NCBI GenBank assembly: GCA_012295275.1
Contig: CM022667.1
Location: forward strand, 21,142,001-21,206,000
Reading direction: 5' to 3'
Length of the DNA: 64,000 bases
From: Chrysomallon squamiferum
Taxonomy: Eukaryota; Animalia; Mollusca
Part shown: positions 1-35,236 of the stretch, piece after piece
Position numbering within the stretch: the stretch's first letter is position 1
Layout: the number at the start of each line of letters is the position of its first letter
Translations under genes and position numbers: made by a program
The notes under the pieces: model-generated
Databases searched by the model: none
Told to the model about the DNA's origin: nothing
Seen by the model: only the letters and a program-made list of their open reading frames with translations

Positions 1-3940
<3,940 letters not shown>

Positions 3941-3941
3941 A

Positions 3942-4580
3942 CTGTAGTACCTTGACTTACGAGTTTATTTCTTTTTCGTGACCGAGATTGTAGCTCAGTT
4001 TGGTCGTATAATGAAATCAATTTTCCGAATTGAAATTATTTGAAATACCATTAATCCGTTCCAGCCCCAAAACTACCCCAATATTTTGTAATGTATTTTT
4101 AAATAAGAAAAATATATTTAAATTTGATAATATTGTATAATAAACAAAATAAAGGACTGTGTAAAGAAATAAATAGGTTTTGCAAACTGAATTTATCTAG
4201 GAGATCAGAAAAAATATTTTAATGCCTTTGGCTGGAGTTATAGCCTTTATTGACTCCTCCTGGTTCAATATGGTAAAAATCGTAGAAGTACTACGCTGCT
4301 TAGCCAAGTCGACTACGCACACCTCGTTGGTGTGTTTCTGTGATTTCATCCTTTAATTCAATGGACGTCATCCGCTTCTTCTTCTCAGCACTGTCCTTTG
4401 CACTCACTTTCTTAGGATCCATGTTAGAAAAAAGAAATTTGGCGTAACGCGAGCACACTACAGCAGAGATGCTTGCACGGCGAGATAACCACGTGCAGCA
4501 AACGAGTGAGACGCGGGGTGCTGGGTGGGAGTCGTGGTGTTCGTTGCGCCAACTAGCGGCGGCGTATCTAAAACTCGCTG
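3942..4580 (-). mobile_element. Tigger7/MER44-like (pogo family) non-autonomous DNA transposon with decayed transposase N-terminus
   Basis: TIR-like end CTGTAGTACCTTGACTTACGAGTTTA at 3942. Minus-strand ATG at 4422 reads MDPKKVSAKDSAEKKKRMTSIELKDEITETHQRGVR, then frameshifts into ..STIFTILNQEESIKAITPAKGIK.., the CENP-B-type HTH start of Tigger7-like transposases. Right boundary approximate. Confidence 0.75.
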
Positions 4581-5277
4581 TTTTTACTTTGTCGCGCTAA
4601 TATATACCCTATACAAGAGACATGGACAAAACATCACGGTTTCGTTTATCTCAGTTTCTGCGCGTTATTTTCTGTTACGATGATGGTGAAAATTATTTAT
4701 TTATTTACTTATTTATTTTATTTATTTATTTATACTTTCATTTTCTACATTTGGCACGTTGTTCATATTAATAAGCATTCGTAGGTTAAGTCATGGTATT
4801 TAGCAATATTTATTTATTAAATAAATAATTACACATAAATTATTTTTCAATGTTAAAACTGCTGACGGTATGTTCTTCTGATCTTTTTCTTGACCTTTAT
4901 AAATTCAATCATTTGTCCGACAGACAAACAAATATGATTTTTTTAAAAGTGACACCTTTGGTGTGGACTTTTTAAGGACAAAAATTTTAAATACTCGGTA
5001 TGTTTATATCCTTGGCAGTTTTATTTAGGTAATACTTTTGTGCAAAAAGAAAGAAAAGAAATATATTTTATTTAAAATTTAACAATCAACACAATAGTGC
5101 TTTCTATAAATGGTGTCTGTCTCACACAGAACAAAACATCAATATATAATAGTAACAACTTGAACAAATAATGCATTACATGATGGTTTTGACATTAGTA
5201 TGAATGTAAGCCATCAGAGAAGATTACAACATTGTAATAAGTTAGAGAAGGTTTATGTCATCATTCACCAAATGTGA

Positions 5278-5464
5278 AAATTTTGTTCCTTTTAGTAAAA
5301 ATTCTTATTGCTAAACCTATTTAATAAAATTATCAATTTGGCATAATGTGTCCTGTTGTTTATCGTTCTTCATTTAGCAAAACAAGACAACAGTGAATTT
5401 TATTTGCAGAGCAAAATCAGCAGTAACGAGATTCACACACATCTGTAACAAGTTGTCACAGTGG
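5278..5464. repeat. Left arm of ~190-bp inverted repeat (partner 7956-8151)
   Basis: Reverse complement matches 7956-8151 almost exactly, apart from a 9-bp insertion in the right copy and a few substitutions. Confidence 0.9.
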
Positions 5465-5474
5465 GTAAGGTGCT

Positions 5475-5650
5475 GGTAACTCAGTTTGCTCGTATATCAC
5501 CTTAGAAATTATTTTAACGCCTTTGGCTGGACTTATAGCCTTTATCGACTCCTTCTGCTTCAGTATGGTACATATCGTAAAACTACTATGCTCGAACTGC
5601 CTAGCCATGTTGACTACACGCACACCTTGCTCATGTTTTAACTCAATACA
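5475..5650 (-). mobile_element. Second Tigger7-like fragment (internally deleted)
   Basis: Aligns by eye with 4210-4335. Minus strand reads IELKHEQGVRVVNMARQFEHSSFTICTILKQKESIKAISPAKGVKIISK, then joins subterminal-like sequence (ATACGAGCAAACTGAG). Confidence 0.7.
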
Positions 5651-6003
5651 TTGAGTATTTTGAGACAGCTACAACTGCAGATAAAAGGGCATTTCAAATC
5701 ATGACTGCTATAGCAGTCTGTAAAGTACTCTGGAGATCAAATTGGTTTTGTTTCATTTCTGTTGTACTTCATTAGTTTTGTTCCATTCATCTTTTTTTAA
5801 TTATTATTTTCATTAATGTATTTTCTACATTATTACATTTCTTTTCTATGTTTATGATTGGTTAGGTGTTTCTTATTAACAGTATTTTATAATTAATGTG
5901 CATTAATTTATTGCTTGTAAAGCAATGTTTTTCAAATAACAACTATGTATAGCACTGTATTTCTGAAACATAAATTTATTATTATTATTAATATTATTAT
6001 TAT

Positions 6004-6035
<32 letters not shown>

Positions 6036-6079
6036 TTTCTTAAATGATGGAATTTGTTTTTATATTGAATTTCTGAATT

Positions 6080-6209
<130 letters not shown>

Positions 6210-6631
6210 TTAAACATAAGTATTTAATTTTGATAATTTATTTCTGTTCTAAATATTATTTCTATCTTTATTGTATATTTTCAGAAGTAAAAGTATTTTT
6301 TTTATGCTGTAATTTTATGCTGAATCTCTATTTGTTATTTAATTGTTCTGTGATAAGCAAACGCCTATAACAGTGAAATCGTCACTGGCAGAACACATTC
6401 ACATACTGATCTGTATTGTAACACTGTCATACTTGTATGCTCTAGGGATTCATGTACCATTCATATAAGAAGAATTCGTATTATTCTTGTGCTGTGTGAC
6501 TGAATTTATAATGCTGGGATGTGCATATATACTCTGTGTTCTTGATTCTTGTTGGTAGGATATTGCTTAATTATTCCCTAAGCTCAACTGGGCACACGTT
6601 ATTGCATGTTAGGTAGAAAGCATATGAAATC

Positions 6632-6686
<55 letters not shown>

Positions 6687-7955
6687 TTATTTCTGATTTT
6701 TGAAATAAAACTATATTAAAATAATGACATAACAAACCAGTAGTTAATTTTTCTTAGTGTGTTAGTATCATATTGTATTGAGTACATGAAAAGTGACAAA
6801 AAACGGTTGTAAAATCATCCCTTTAAATAAGAAATGAAAAAGAGAAGGAACAGGAAATGAAATTACAACTGACAAGGAAAATGGTTACTTTTTACAATTT
6901 ATTCCCCATGATCTGTTGTTTTCCAGAGTATTCACTTCCCACTTTTGCATTAAAGGCCCCAGTTACAATCAGCATAGTATGTCTTTGTTATAATGTAAAG
7001 CCTGAAAATATTTTTCCAGTAGATACATTTCTTTTGCGTATATTAACTATAGATAATTTTATTAAAGTATTAATTTGTGTATATATATAATACTGAGACT
7101 GTCTAGTCTCTATATGTGAAATAGAGAAAAGATAAATAAATGACAAGTATTAAATAAATAAATATGAATGATTATAATAAGTAAATAAACTGCTTTTAAC
7201 TGTTGATATACGAAAAAAATATATAAGTTCTGTGGATCAGAAAAACATACGCGATGACTAACTTTTTAAGGTATATTTTAAATGTTAAGTAAATTAGCCA
7301 AGATATGGCGAGTTTTGTGTGACAAACACAGCTTTGAACATTGCAAACCAGGTTGGCTTCTCTTTGCACTTTGATTTCGCGGTTTTCACTGACGTCCGCT
7401 CAAAAATAAAAATATGGCCATCAAAGAAGCAGAGATACGCAAGCTGTTGCACAGCTTTGCGGTTCCCTTTGATGAACACGGACATCACCTCAGAGAACCT
7501 TGAAATGTTCGCCTTGCTTTCATATAAATTTGGCAGCGGGATATGGTAAAGATACTTTTCTTCCTCGTTTTTTAAAAACATTTCTTTTTTATGTTGTTGC
7601 TGCCATCATTATGCAGTATAATATACGGCCATTAACAGCGTATGTGTTTAATATAAACTACAACTTACAACTTACATTAACCATTGATTCTCCCGTGACC
7701 GATTCCGTCTTTAATTAGGATTCCACTGATTCTGTATTTTAACTCGGATTTCCAAAGAACTGTAAATAATTTAGTTCTGTTTATTTTCTTGTATATGATT
7801 ACAAAATTATGTTTGTAAACAAACAAATAACTCAGTATTCTAGCTGAGATCTTTTTTATAATACTGTCATAAATTACTTTTCAGTTTGAATGAACTATCC
7901 CTGTCATAGTGTTCTAACCACCTATATCCCCTAGATGTGACAAACGAGCACTTAG

Positions 7956-8151
7956 CCACTGTGACAACTTGTTACAGATGTGTGTGAATCTCGTTACTGC
8001 TGATTTTGCTCTGCAAATGAAATTCACTGTTGTCTTGTTTTGCTTGTTTGTCTAAATGAAGAACGAAAAACAACAGGACACATTATGCCAAATTGATAAT
8101 TTTATTAAATGGGTTTAGCAATAAGAATTTTTACTAAAAGGAACAAAATTT
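7956..8151. repeat. Right arm of ~190-bp inverted repeat (partner 5278-5464)
   Basis: CCACTGTGACAACTTGTTACAGATGTGTGTGAATCTCG...GGAACAAAATTT is the reverse complement of 5278-5464. Confidence 0.9.
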
Positions 8152-10474
8152 GTGCAACAAACCGGACGAAAAAGCCAGTTATTAATTATATATATAATAT
8201 TTATACATAATAACAATTTAGTTAAAACTTATTATCATGTTATCAGTTACAGTAGTCTTAACTTATTGTTACAATGACATGTTCCATGAATCATGATCAG
8301 TCTGCTTAACTGTTACATGGCCTCGTTCCTTGAACTTTGATTTCATAACGTTATTCGTATACTGTTTTAGTCCTTGGTTTCTAACTTATTCAAGATTTTG
8401 TTTCAGTTTTCTTTAGTTAGTCAGTTTATTATTATTTTTTTTTTTTTTTTTTTTTCGTTTCTGATGTTTGCAGACATTTAATGATACTTTATTTATCTTT
8501 TTTTTTCTTATTTGTTAAACTTATTATTTTTTATTTATTAGTATTTATTTATTTATTTATCTATTTATTTATCTGGTTGGTTGTGGCAGGTGACACTACT
8601 ATTTAATATAACTGCTATACGAAATTTCTTTTTCAGATAAATTACTGAATTGTTTGTTGTTTTCTTGATTTGTTTTTTTTTTTGCTTACAACTTTCCTCC
8701 AAATAAAGATAATAGGTACTAGTTGCTGTGAGAAGATAAATAAATAAATAAGTTAATTAATTAATTAATTAATTAATTAATCAATCGATAATAAATATCT
8801 AAATACATTTTCAAAACTGTTCCGAAAGGAAACAGAAATCAGGGTCACATACAATGCTTTTCACTTTAGAAATGTTTCTGAAATGTAACAGCTTTGCTTT
8901 TAAAATAACGCAGAATTAGGGAGGGCAAACTAACAACAACAACAAAAAAGGAGCGAGTCTCTACTTCTGTGACACATGCAGACAACATGATTTCTCGAAT
9001 CTTACAATGTTTTTTTATATATATATATTTATTTATTTATTTATATATAATAATAATCTGGTTAACTATTAATGTAAATTACAACAATGCGTATTTTAAA
9101 GGAAGCACATATGAAGCACCAGCGAGTGTATATATTAATAATATAAAATGTTGTTTTTATTATTATTAATTTTACTTCATAACGATCGCGTACATAAATA
9201 TCCTTATTTTAATAACTGTTTGAATAAAATCTGAAAGTATCCTGTATCAGTCCATCTTTAATAAGTTGTTTTATCAATGTTTATGATATGCAGGAAGTAC
9301 ATAAATAAAATCATAATACAGTATATACGTTTTACATAAATATATCTTGAAACAACCAACTGAATTAAAGCCGCCTATTCGAAACCAAATTTACAAAAAA
9401 AAACGAGAGATGCTTCATCAAATTCCAAGTTAAGTCTGCAGCTTTTCTGAATTTGACGTTTCCTCTATATGACTACTCGTAGTGCCTCTGAAATAAAATA
9501 AAAACCATTATTCGGGCCATAGCAATACATGTATTTATCTTGTTGATCAGATTTAGCCAATTCTGTGTCACTTGCTTTATAACTAGATTTACCTATTTGG
9601 ACGCAAAATAACGATCTGACACTGAAATAAAAAATTATTCTGAAAAAAACTGTTGTACTATTGTTGTAAATATTACAGTCATAATCGAGAATAGAAATAT
9701 TTAACAGTTTTAAAATTAATTCTAAATAAGGGGCAATGGAAATTACGATATTTCAGCTTGCCAGATTTCGTTAACTGCATTCATTATTTGCTGTTTTAGT
9801 GCAAGTGCTGTCAGAACATAGCAACAAGCTGTTACTGTACAACAGAACAGATATTAATACTGTCAGTTCATGGTTCCATTGTTGGTATTACATATACTTC
9901 TAATCTGATCTCCTTTCTTTTTATTTAAGAAAAATGTGTGTCAGTTATAGTAACATTTTTCTTTTGCCTCGTAACGTGTCAATATAGTAGCTCAAATTTA
10001 CTGAGTTGCGATCAAATAATTTAATGCAAAAACTTTATAAAAAAGAACCAAGAAAAAAAATAATAGCGGTGCAGGAAAAATATCCTTTAAAATAAATACA
10101 GCTTTATTAAAACAAAACTGATGAATAAATAAATGTAATAAAAAGGTAAAAGGAAACGCACAGGTGTCATATCAGTTTTAGAAAGAGTTACATTATGCAC
10201 GATTACCACCATATACACACAAAAACGGCACATAATTTATTGCAAGAAAGAGCATTTGAATCTATTAGGCTGGAAATCCATTTACCCGATACAAATCGCG
10301 TGAACGCTATTCTCACTTTCTAAATCCTTAGATCTTGAAATGTTGTAAAAAAATGTAATAAATCACAAAAAGAATTAAACACTCTTATAAGACACACTAA
10401 CTAAATATAATTACTGACTAGCAAAAAAAGGGAAACTATTAATAATAATAATAATAATAATGAGAATAAATATA

Positions 10475-11284
10475 CCGTATATACTTGTGTATAAGTCGAA
10501 TTTTCTGGAGACTATATTAAGGTAATATTTTGGGGGTCGACTTATACATAGGTAATGCTTTTGTAGCTGTTGCTGAAGAGTCGCTATTTTGACTATTTTT
10601 TGCTACGGGATGCATCTAAAATAATCGCGGTCTTTCAGCTTTTCAAAAATATAATTTTATCGTATAAAAAATTTTGAAAAATTAAATTACAAAACCAAAT
10701 ATGAATGTAAAACATGATATTCTTCCGTTTAGTGACATAAAAATACATTTTAAAGCGAGAAAACCGTCAGTACGGCGTTATGCCTTACGGCGTCTTGCAA
10801 TGATCTAGGAATGCAGACTTCTCTGCCAAATTGCACTAAATATCGGTCCTAATTTCATAAACAAAACTCACTTGTTTAATTGTAAAGAATTTGGTGAAAT
10901 AATATTGCAATCGTCATTAATATCCACTACCGACAAAATTTTGTAAATCATAGAACGGCTAAATATAACGGTGAGTTAGGTCTCCATGTTAGACCTATTA
11001 CATTAAAGAGATACTATTTATGATACATTTAGGCTATAGCTCGTGTAATACATGCATTTACGTTATTATGGTATGTTCGTGCAAGTTACAGCTCGTGCAA
11101 GTTATGTTACAGTAGGCGTACAATGTAGGCCTTCACGGCACTGTCACACTGGTCTAAAAATAGTGACGGTGCCTGGAATCTACAGTCGACTTATAAACAA
11201 GTAATACCTAAAACGACGCAATTTTTGGTCTTAAAATACACATCGACTTATACATAAGGTCGCCTTGTACACAAGTATATACGG
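10475..11284. mobile_element. Tc1/mariner-superfamily (Tc2/pogo-type) MITE, 810 bp, TA target duplication
   Basis: Left TIR CCGTATATACTTGTGTATAAGTCGA versus right TIR reverse complement CCGTATATACTTGTGTACAAGGCGA (23/25). TA on both sides. Internal subterminal TCGACTTATA repeats are typical of this group. No transposase ORF. Confidence 0.88.
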
Positions 11285-12454
11285 TAATAATACAAAAAAT
11301 AAAAATAAAATAATAAAAAGAAATAAAGAAATAAAAATACACATTATTCCATGGTGTTTAATAGAGTTTTAATGCAATTAATCAGTGTCACGTTTTCGAG
11401 ATTTATTTTCAGTAGGTTTTGAAAACAATATATATAACAATAAAAAAAATAAAAAATAAAGTAAATACAGAAAAATCTTATTACATCAAATATTACCTTT
11501 AGAAAGGTTTTTAAATACTTCATCTAGAAATTTCACTAAGAGTATATATGCCAAGTGTTAGAATAAATAAACAAATTGCTTTTCTTTTCCCACGTATTCA
11601 CATTGCTGTTTATTCCAGGTGTCTGTTTCTTCTAGTGCCATTTCCCCCCACAGCCACATAGGATAGAGGATATATGATGTCGGGTATATGGAATTCCAGC
11701 CGCTGTCAATTCTGCTTCTTGGGAATGTATTCTTAGGTAAAACGGTACCACATAATTTTCTACTTTACCGGCCGACCTCTTAAAATAATGTTTGGTGTTC
11801 ATTGTAATAAATAAGAAGGATAACATTTCTCCTTTTGACAGTCGTATTAAACAGTCATTTAAAAAAGAAACAAAAAAATACCAATAAACCTGCCAAAAAA
11901 ATCTTATAGATATAATTATTATGATTACATGCCATTTGCTATGACCAGTTGAAAACTCATGACATTATTTATGACTCAAGTTTTAGCTACTGATTAAATA
12001 TGAAAAATGAAGCTTAAAGCTAAGCAGTAGCAATGCTTGAATTATTAAGCTTGCGAAGTAACATGTTAGAAGAACTTTATTTAAAGCTAAGTGCAAGGTT
12101 AACAACAAAACACTGAAATTATACGTTTTGAAGTATGGCTTTCATTTTAGAATTGTGCTTCTTTTCCGAACATTCAGGGAACAAATATAAGGAAGAATAG
12201 TGTAATAATATATTTGTTAATAATAATACTATTAATAAACTTGCTGTGTTTTGAGCTTTGTGAGAAATTAATTTATTTTTTATTTTTAGTTGATAAAACA
12301 AAATAAGAGCAGTGACCGATTTCCACCTGGGATAAATACTTATGATTAAAAATAAGAGGCAAAAGAGATGGTTGGTGATGTTTTTTATGAGACACGTAAT
12401 TACTTCTACGTGCTCAATACTCACCAGTGAAATGAAGCCTTTCTTATGAGCCAT

Positions 12455-29959
<17,505 letters not shown>

Positions 29960-30082
29960 CCCTACCGGCTGAGCCTCACCTAGGGGCAGAGGTAAAACGT
30001 CTATTAATTCTACATCAACATGCAGTCTGACTAGACAGCAACCCGGGGTGCGGACGTGAACGAAATGACTGACAAAATATCT

Positions 30083-30143
<61 letters not shown>

Positions 30144-31599
30144 TAGCAATAAAAATTTAAAAAAAAATATATATAAATACTGGCAGCTGTACATATAATG
30201 AGATTTGCAAATGGAGAAAATTATCACAATAACGTTTAAATAACTACTTATGATAGTTTAAAATTACCACAGAGGTATAAATGTTTGCTCTGTTTTTCAA
30301 AGAAGCTCAACATAAAGGAAATTTGCCTGTTGTACTGGAAAACAAACATATGAATAAAACAAATAATAGTCGTAAACGTTCTATTAATTAACTAGAGAAT
30401 AAACTTAAAAATAATCAAGAAAGCGCGGGTTCTATCCACTGCAAAAACAAACTTTCATTGATACACTCTATTTTCTTCTGATAATTATCCTGTGGATTAA
30501 ATCCACACCCAACGAAACCTCAGTGAAATAGCATACATAATTGAGTTTAAATATATATATATATATATATATTCTTTGCCATAACTCGATTAAGTATCAT
30601 TCTTTTTACTGTGATTTATCAACAACACCAACATAGTAAATTGTTTAAAATAAATTTTACAAAGAAATAAAAGCCTAACTTAAGGTAATCATTGTTCTGG
30701 CAATGGAATAATCTGAAGACAGTTTACACTTCTGACATTTAGGTGGGATTTTTGTCATTTTTGTTGCGACAAGAAAATTGTGTTTTAAATAATTGGCCAA
30801 TAAAAGCATTTTTAAATTTGATTCTGACTATATATTGCTACTTTATGCTGAAACAGCATGTTTTGTACACGTTGTTCTAGCTGATAGTTTCTGTGAAATA
30901 AGATTTGAGTTTATATATTTTATTATGTTTAAATGCATTGGTTAATGTTATTGCTAGTTCTAACATTAAAATATTTACATTTATAACTATAATTATGCTT
31001 TCAGTTATTTGTGTATTATATTTATTTTATCTTATTTTATTTTTTGCTTAGTATTTTTGAATACGATATGAAAGAGAAATCTGTTGAAAGTCTGTGAAGA
31101 AGTCTTATCTATTAATAGCACGGATCTCTTACACCTGCGCACAGGATGGAGAGCCACGACTTTGATAAAACAGATGTGAGGAGGAGCGAAGCCGTACAAA
31201 GAGTAAACAACTGAAAGAATATTCTAATCAGTGTATAAAGGTAAGTCCATGGCCAAGATAGCTTAATATGTTCTACAGAATATCAAACCAAACACGGGAA
31301 CTGAAATCACTCACTGATCTTAACGCTGTGTAACAAAATAGCAAATGAGTTAATTTTCACTCTTTCTGGCGAAGTGTACTGTTAAATATTTGAAATTTAC
31401 AGAATAAAAGAATAAAATTATTTTTATTTTTAAAAGTAAAACAGAATAAATAAATTTTAAGATACTGATTTGTTTAACTTATTTATTTATTTAACGATAT
31501 TTTTTAATGTTTATGATTTTAAGAAAATCTTTTATTTTATAAATAGAATATTTTCACTACATGCAATGCATTTGGACAAAATCACTCGATACAAATAAA

Positions 31600-31770
31600 T
31601 CCAGGTACAACTCAACCCATCCTACACTACACCATCACAAACCGTCACACTTCTACTACATACCTTTTCCTCCCGTTCAGTCTTAATATCCTCAAGAATT
31701 TTTTCACTGGCAAGTTCTTTAATAGTCTTTTGTCCTCTGATATACTCATACTTAGACCAAACAGGGTTAA
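31600..31770 (-). mobile_element. Degenerate RTE-clade LINE 3' fragment
   Basis: Minus strand AGTATGAGTATATCAGAGGACA resembles the RTE C-terminal (R)NEYIRGT-coding motif, followed by AGGATGGGTTGAGTTGTACCTGG resembling RRMLxMELPG-coding sequence. Heavily decayed. Confidence 0.35.
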
Positions 31771-32317
31771 GTTTCATCGCTATGGAATTCTTTACAGCTA
31801 AGCCTATAAAAATGTGAAAGATTTTTTTTTTTTTTTCTGTTTCAAAATGTTTTAATTTTCGGAACTGCTGACTACCGCTAAAGCTATTGGGACCAGACCC
31901 ACAGGTTATGCTACAAGTGGAGGAACGCCAAATAACGCTTCACCTATATACCAGTATCAAATACTGACGTAGATTGTTTCCAGGTGAAAACTACCGACTG
32001 TCTTACAAACAAAAGAATCCTACTTCAACGACATGCAGATCCCATCTACTGAGTAAATACCATGACCTTTTACCAACTCCAGAATCACATTTCTTAATAA
32101 TAACACCTATTCTTACGTTCACATGTAAATTCAGGTGAGATGGAAATAATACTGATCACTTTTTAAAATATTCTTCATAAATACGGCAAACCAGAATACA
32201 ATATTAAAAGAAGAGAAACAAACAAAAAAGAACTAAACCACACAAAAAAAATTAAACATACACAGAGGCAATCATGTACAATATTATTATTAATATATGA
32301 TATAATATTTTACTTAC

Positions 32318-32470
32318 AGTTCAGGTCGGGTTTACGAAATTTTTCAAAATTCCTCGACCGATGTATGTTCTTAGTAATGGAGGCTAGGTAGCTAGACCGG
32401 TAGTGCACACGACTCCTTGGAAACCGTTGCCGTATACCTCTCAGTCGGGCACGCGCATTTGTAGGTGTCA
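32318..32470 (-). other. Candidate non-coding 5'-UTR exon of the distal isoform of the Arg/Ser/Tyr-rich gene
   Basis: GC-richer island ending in donor GAACT|GTAAGT at 32318/32317. No frame is open into exon 30068-29924. Upstream boundary approximate. Confidence 0.35.
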
Positions 32471-32952
32471 CGGGATATCAGAATAGGATAGGATACATTT
32501 AGGCGTTTTTATTTTAGGAAGTGTATCGGTTTAAATGACATATACTGTTACATCAACACTTCAACTTTCAAAATATTTCTAAATATCATATTTTGATGTG
32601 TTTTTGAGATTTGTTAAAAGACAGGAAATAGTACCCCATCAGTTGAAATGAAATCGACTTGGTAGATTCCAGCGGTGGTACTATCGTCTGCCTATAAATG
32701 GTGATTAGGTCGCCTTCAAGGACGGTTTATTTCAAGAGCTCGCGCAACGGCGCGCGTTATTTCTACATCCTGGCTGTTAAGCGAATCTGTTAAAGTGAAC
32801 GCGCACTGCATATAGTCAGTATGAACTCGATATGCAATAACATAACAAAATTCCAGGAAAACAAGCACCGCATTAAGATAAGACAGAGACTAGGCATAGC
32901 ATTAGCATGTGTACTGTTCTCTCTCATGTAACATACATATCAATTATTATTT

Positions 32953-32989
<37 letters not shown>

Positions 32990-34696
32990 CTTATTTTGTT
33001 TATGTTGAGACATTTCACAGATTTATATTTTCGCACTGAAGCTTAATTTTAATTCTTGTCTTTTGTATAACTGTATAGTGAGCAAAACATTTTTAATTAA
33101 ACATTTATGATAATTATAGTTTTCCTTATTATCATTATTTTTTTAATTTTACCTGCCCTCGGCTGGTGAAACTGGATATTCGACACATTGAAATTTACAT
33201 AGATTTTTGATATATGGCTCGATGTCAGTTTTATTACCTAAGGGGATATGAATAACAATATTGCCGCCACTTCCTTAGAATATAGAACAGGCAATTCATG
33301 AAAGAAAGAAAGAAAAAAAAAGTCAGGTCCATTAGCATATTTCTTCATCTAGCCATCTAAGTAACTTCTAACAGTTACAATAACCGTTGTCAACAGACCG
33401 AGTAAAGCGTCTGTTGTTAATACAAATATGATTTTTCTTCTCACCGGCTTGGAATGTGCAGTTCACTACCAATCTCTCAACACTCATTAGCATTCTTGTT
33501 CTTTCTTCCTTAACCAGAAATATCCCCGTAGGAATGGCTTTAGAATAAACTGTACTAAGAATTCATCTTTATTTGTTTACTGTGGGCTTCACTGTTTAGT
33601 TTACAAATGAAGAATATAGCACAGCATGTGTGAGTTTCTTAAACAGGATTTATGTAACAGATATAAAGCAACCAGTTTATGGACATTATTATGAAAAACA
33701 TGGTTTTGGGAGTTTTTTCTCGGATTTTTTATTTTTATTTTGTAGTTCAAATTTTTTCACATTTTCGAAGTACTTTTGACTCGATTTTACGCTCTAACAG
33801 AGGCGGGGCACCGGTCTGGAAAACGCAAAAGTCTGGAAAATTATTAATGTTAATATAATTTTAAAACTTACTGAATCATTAAACTTTGGTACACGTAACC
33901 AACTATGTAATAAGTAATGTAAAAATGTAAAAAGTATACAGGCGTTAAAAGCAATGTAAAGAAATGTGTACAGATGAAACACGTAGGTTGGGAATTTTTT
34001 GGGTTAGTGTAACATTTGCTCTTTCCTTGATAGAAAGTGCATTGACAGGGTTTTGCCGTGGTTAGACAGTGGGACTCAGAATAACTCAGAGGTAAGGCTT
34101 CAAGTGGGACATGGCGGCAAGTTCAAATTTCGTGATTTTTACCGAAACCCGGAAAACCGAGGTAGTGAAATCGAGGGTCAACAATATTTTGTTTCTAGAA
34201 TTATTAAAATAAATATGGAAAGCAATGAATAAAACAAATCATATTTTATGTTTTCAAGAAACAAACAAAAAAATCAGTGTACAATAAAATAAAGATATAC
34301 GAGTTTCTGTAAATATCTTCAGATGCTAACACAAGACATTGTTAACTTTCTTATGTAATCAGTATACAAAAACTGTTTCATTTCTGAAAAAAGAAAAACA
34401 ATCCTTTTTTCCTTTTTCCTCTCAGTAATTACTTTTTTGCATTCATTATAAATTAATTAATTAATTAATTAAATAAAAATAAATAAAATTAAAATGAAAA
34501 TAAAAAATGAAAACAAAACATCAGAACAAACAAACAAACATACAAATAAATAAAGAAAGAAAGAAATAAAGAAATTTGTCAGATAGCAAGTACACAGGAA
34601 AAAACGAAATAAGAAAATAAAGAGGAAAAAAGAATAAAATGAAACCAGAGAGAAATGAAAAAAAAAAAAAAAAAAAAAATATTATGAGAAATCTAA

Positions 34697-34743
<47 letters not shown>

Positions 34744-34908
34744 GGGAATTCTCATTTACATTTTACATTGCAGCCTCTTGAAATCTTCAATTTTGCGCTG
34801 CACGGCTTTGAAACCGCTAATACAAACAATTCAGCATAAACAAGATTTATCACGCACAAACATTCTTACCTAGAGACAAGAACGAAATAAATCTCAGAAA
34901 TAAACACG

Positions 34909-34921
34909 GTTGCCTAGCAAC
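34909..34921. promoter_or_regulatory. RFX X-box (GTTGCCTAGCAAC)
   Basis: Near-palindromic match to the X-box consensus GTTRCC(N0-3)RGYAAC, 40 nt upstream of a minus-strand donor CTAG|GTAAGA at 34870/34869. Confidence 0.5.
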
Positions 34922-35186
34922 ATACATACAACCAATATAACGTCCTCATTTTTCTGTAAATCTGAAGCTTAGTCATAGTGTTAAAGAAAAATGCAGCGTA
35001 CAAAACTGGCTTTGCTTCCTGGTAATTAGTCCACACGTATACTGTTTGAAACAATTTCACGTTCTAGTCGTTAACCGTCAAACGTATTAAGCATTGTCTT
35101 AATGGAACAAAATAATTATGAATATATAAAATATATTTTAGAAATGTATTTGTATTTATGTGTCTGTTCCAAGACATCACTTATCA

Positions 35187-35236
<50 letters not shown>

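Noticed and set aside
7294-7581. 95-aa ORF inside the inverted-repeat interval, considered as a transposase or LINE tail
   Set aside because: Only a faint resemblance to a LINE C-terminal motif; no family could be supported.
31146-31246. Plus-strand short ORF (MESHDFDKTD..) and donor AAG|GTAAGT
   Set aside because: The ORF stops before the donor and no partner exons were found. It may be chance or an unsupported antisense transcript.
32690-32702. CArG/MEF2-like CCTATAAATGG as evidence of a muscle promoter
   Set aside because: One mismatch to each consensus in AT-rich DNA; not significant alone.
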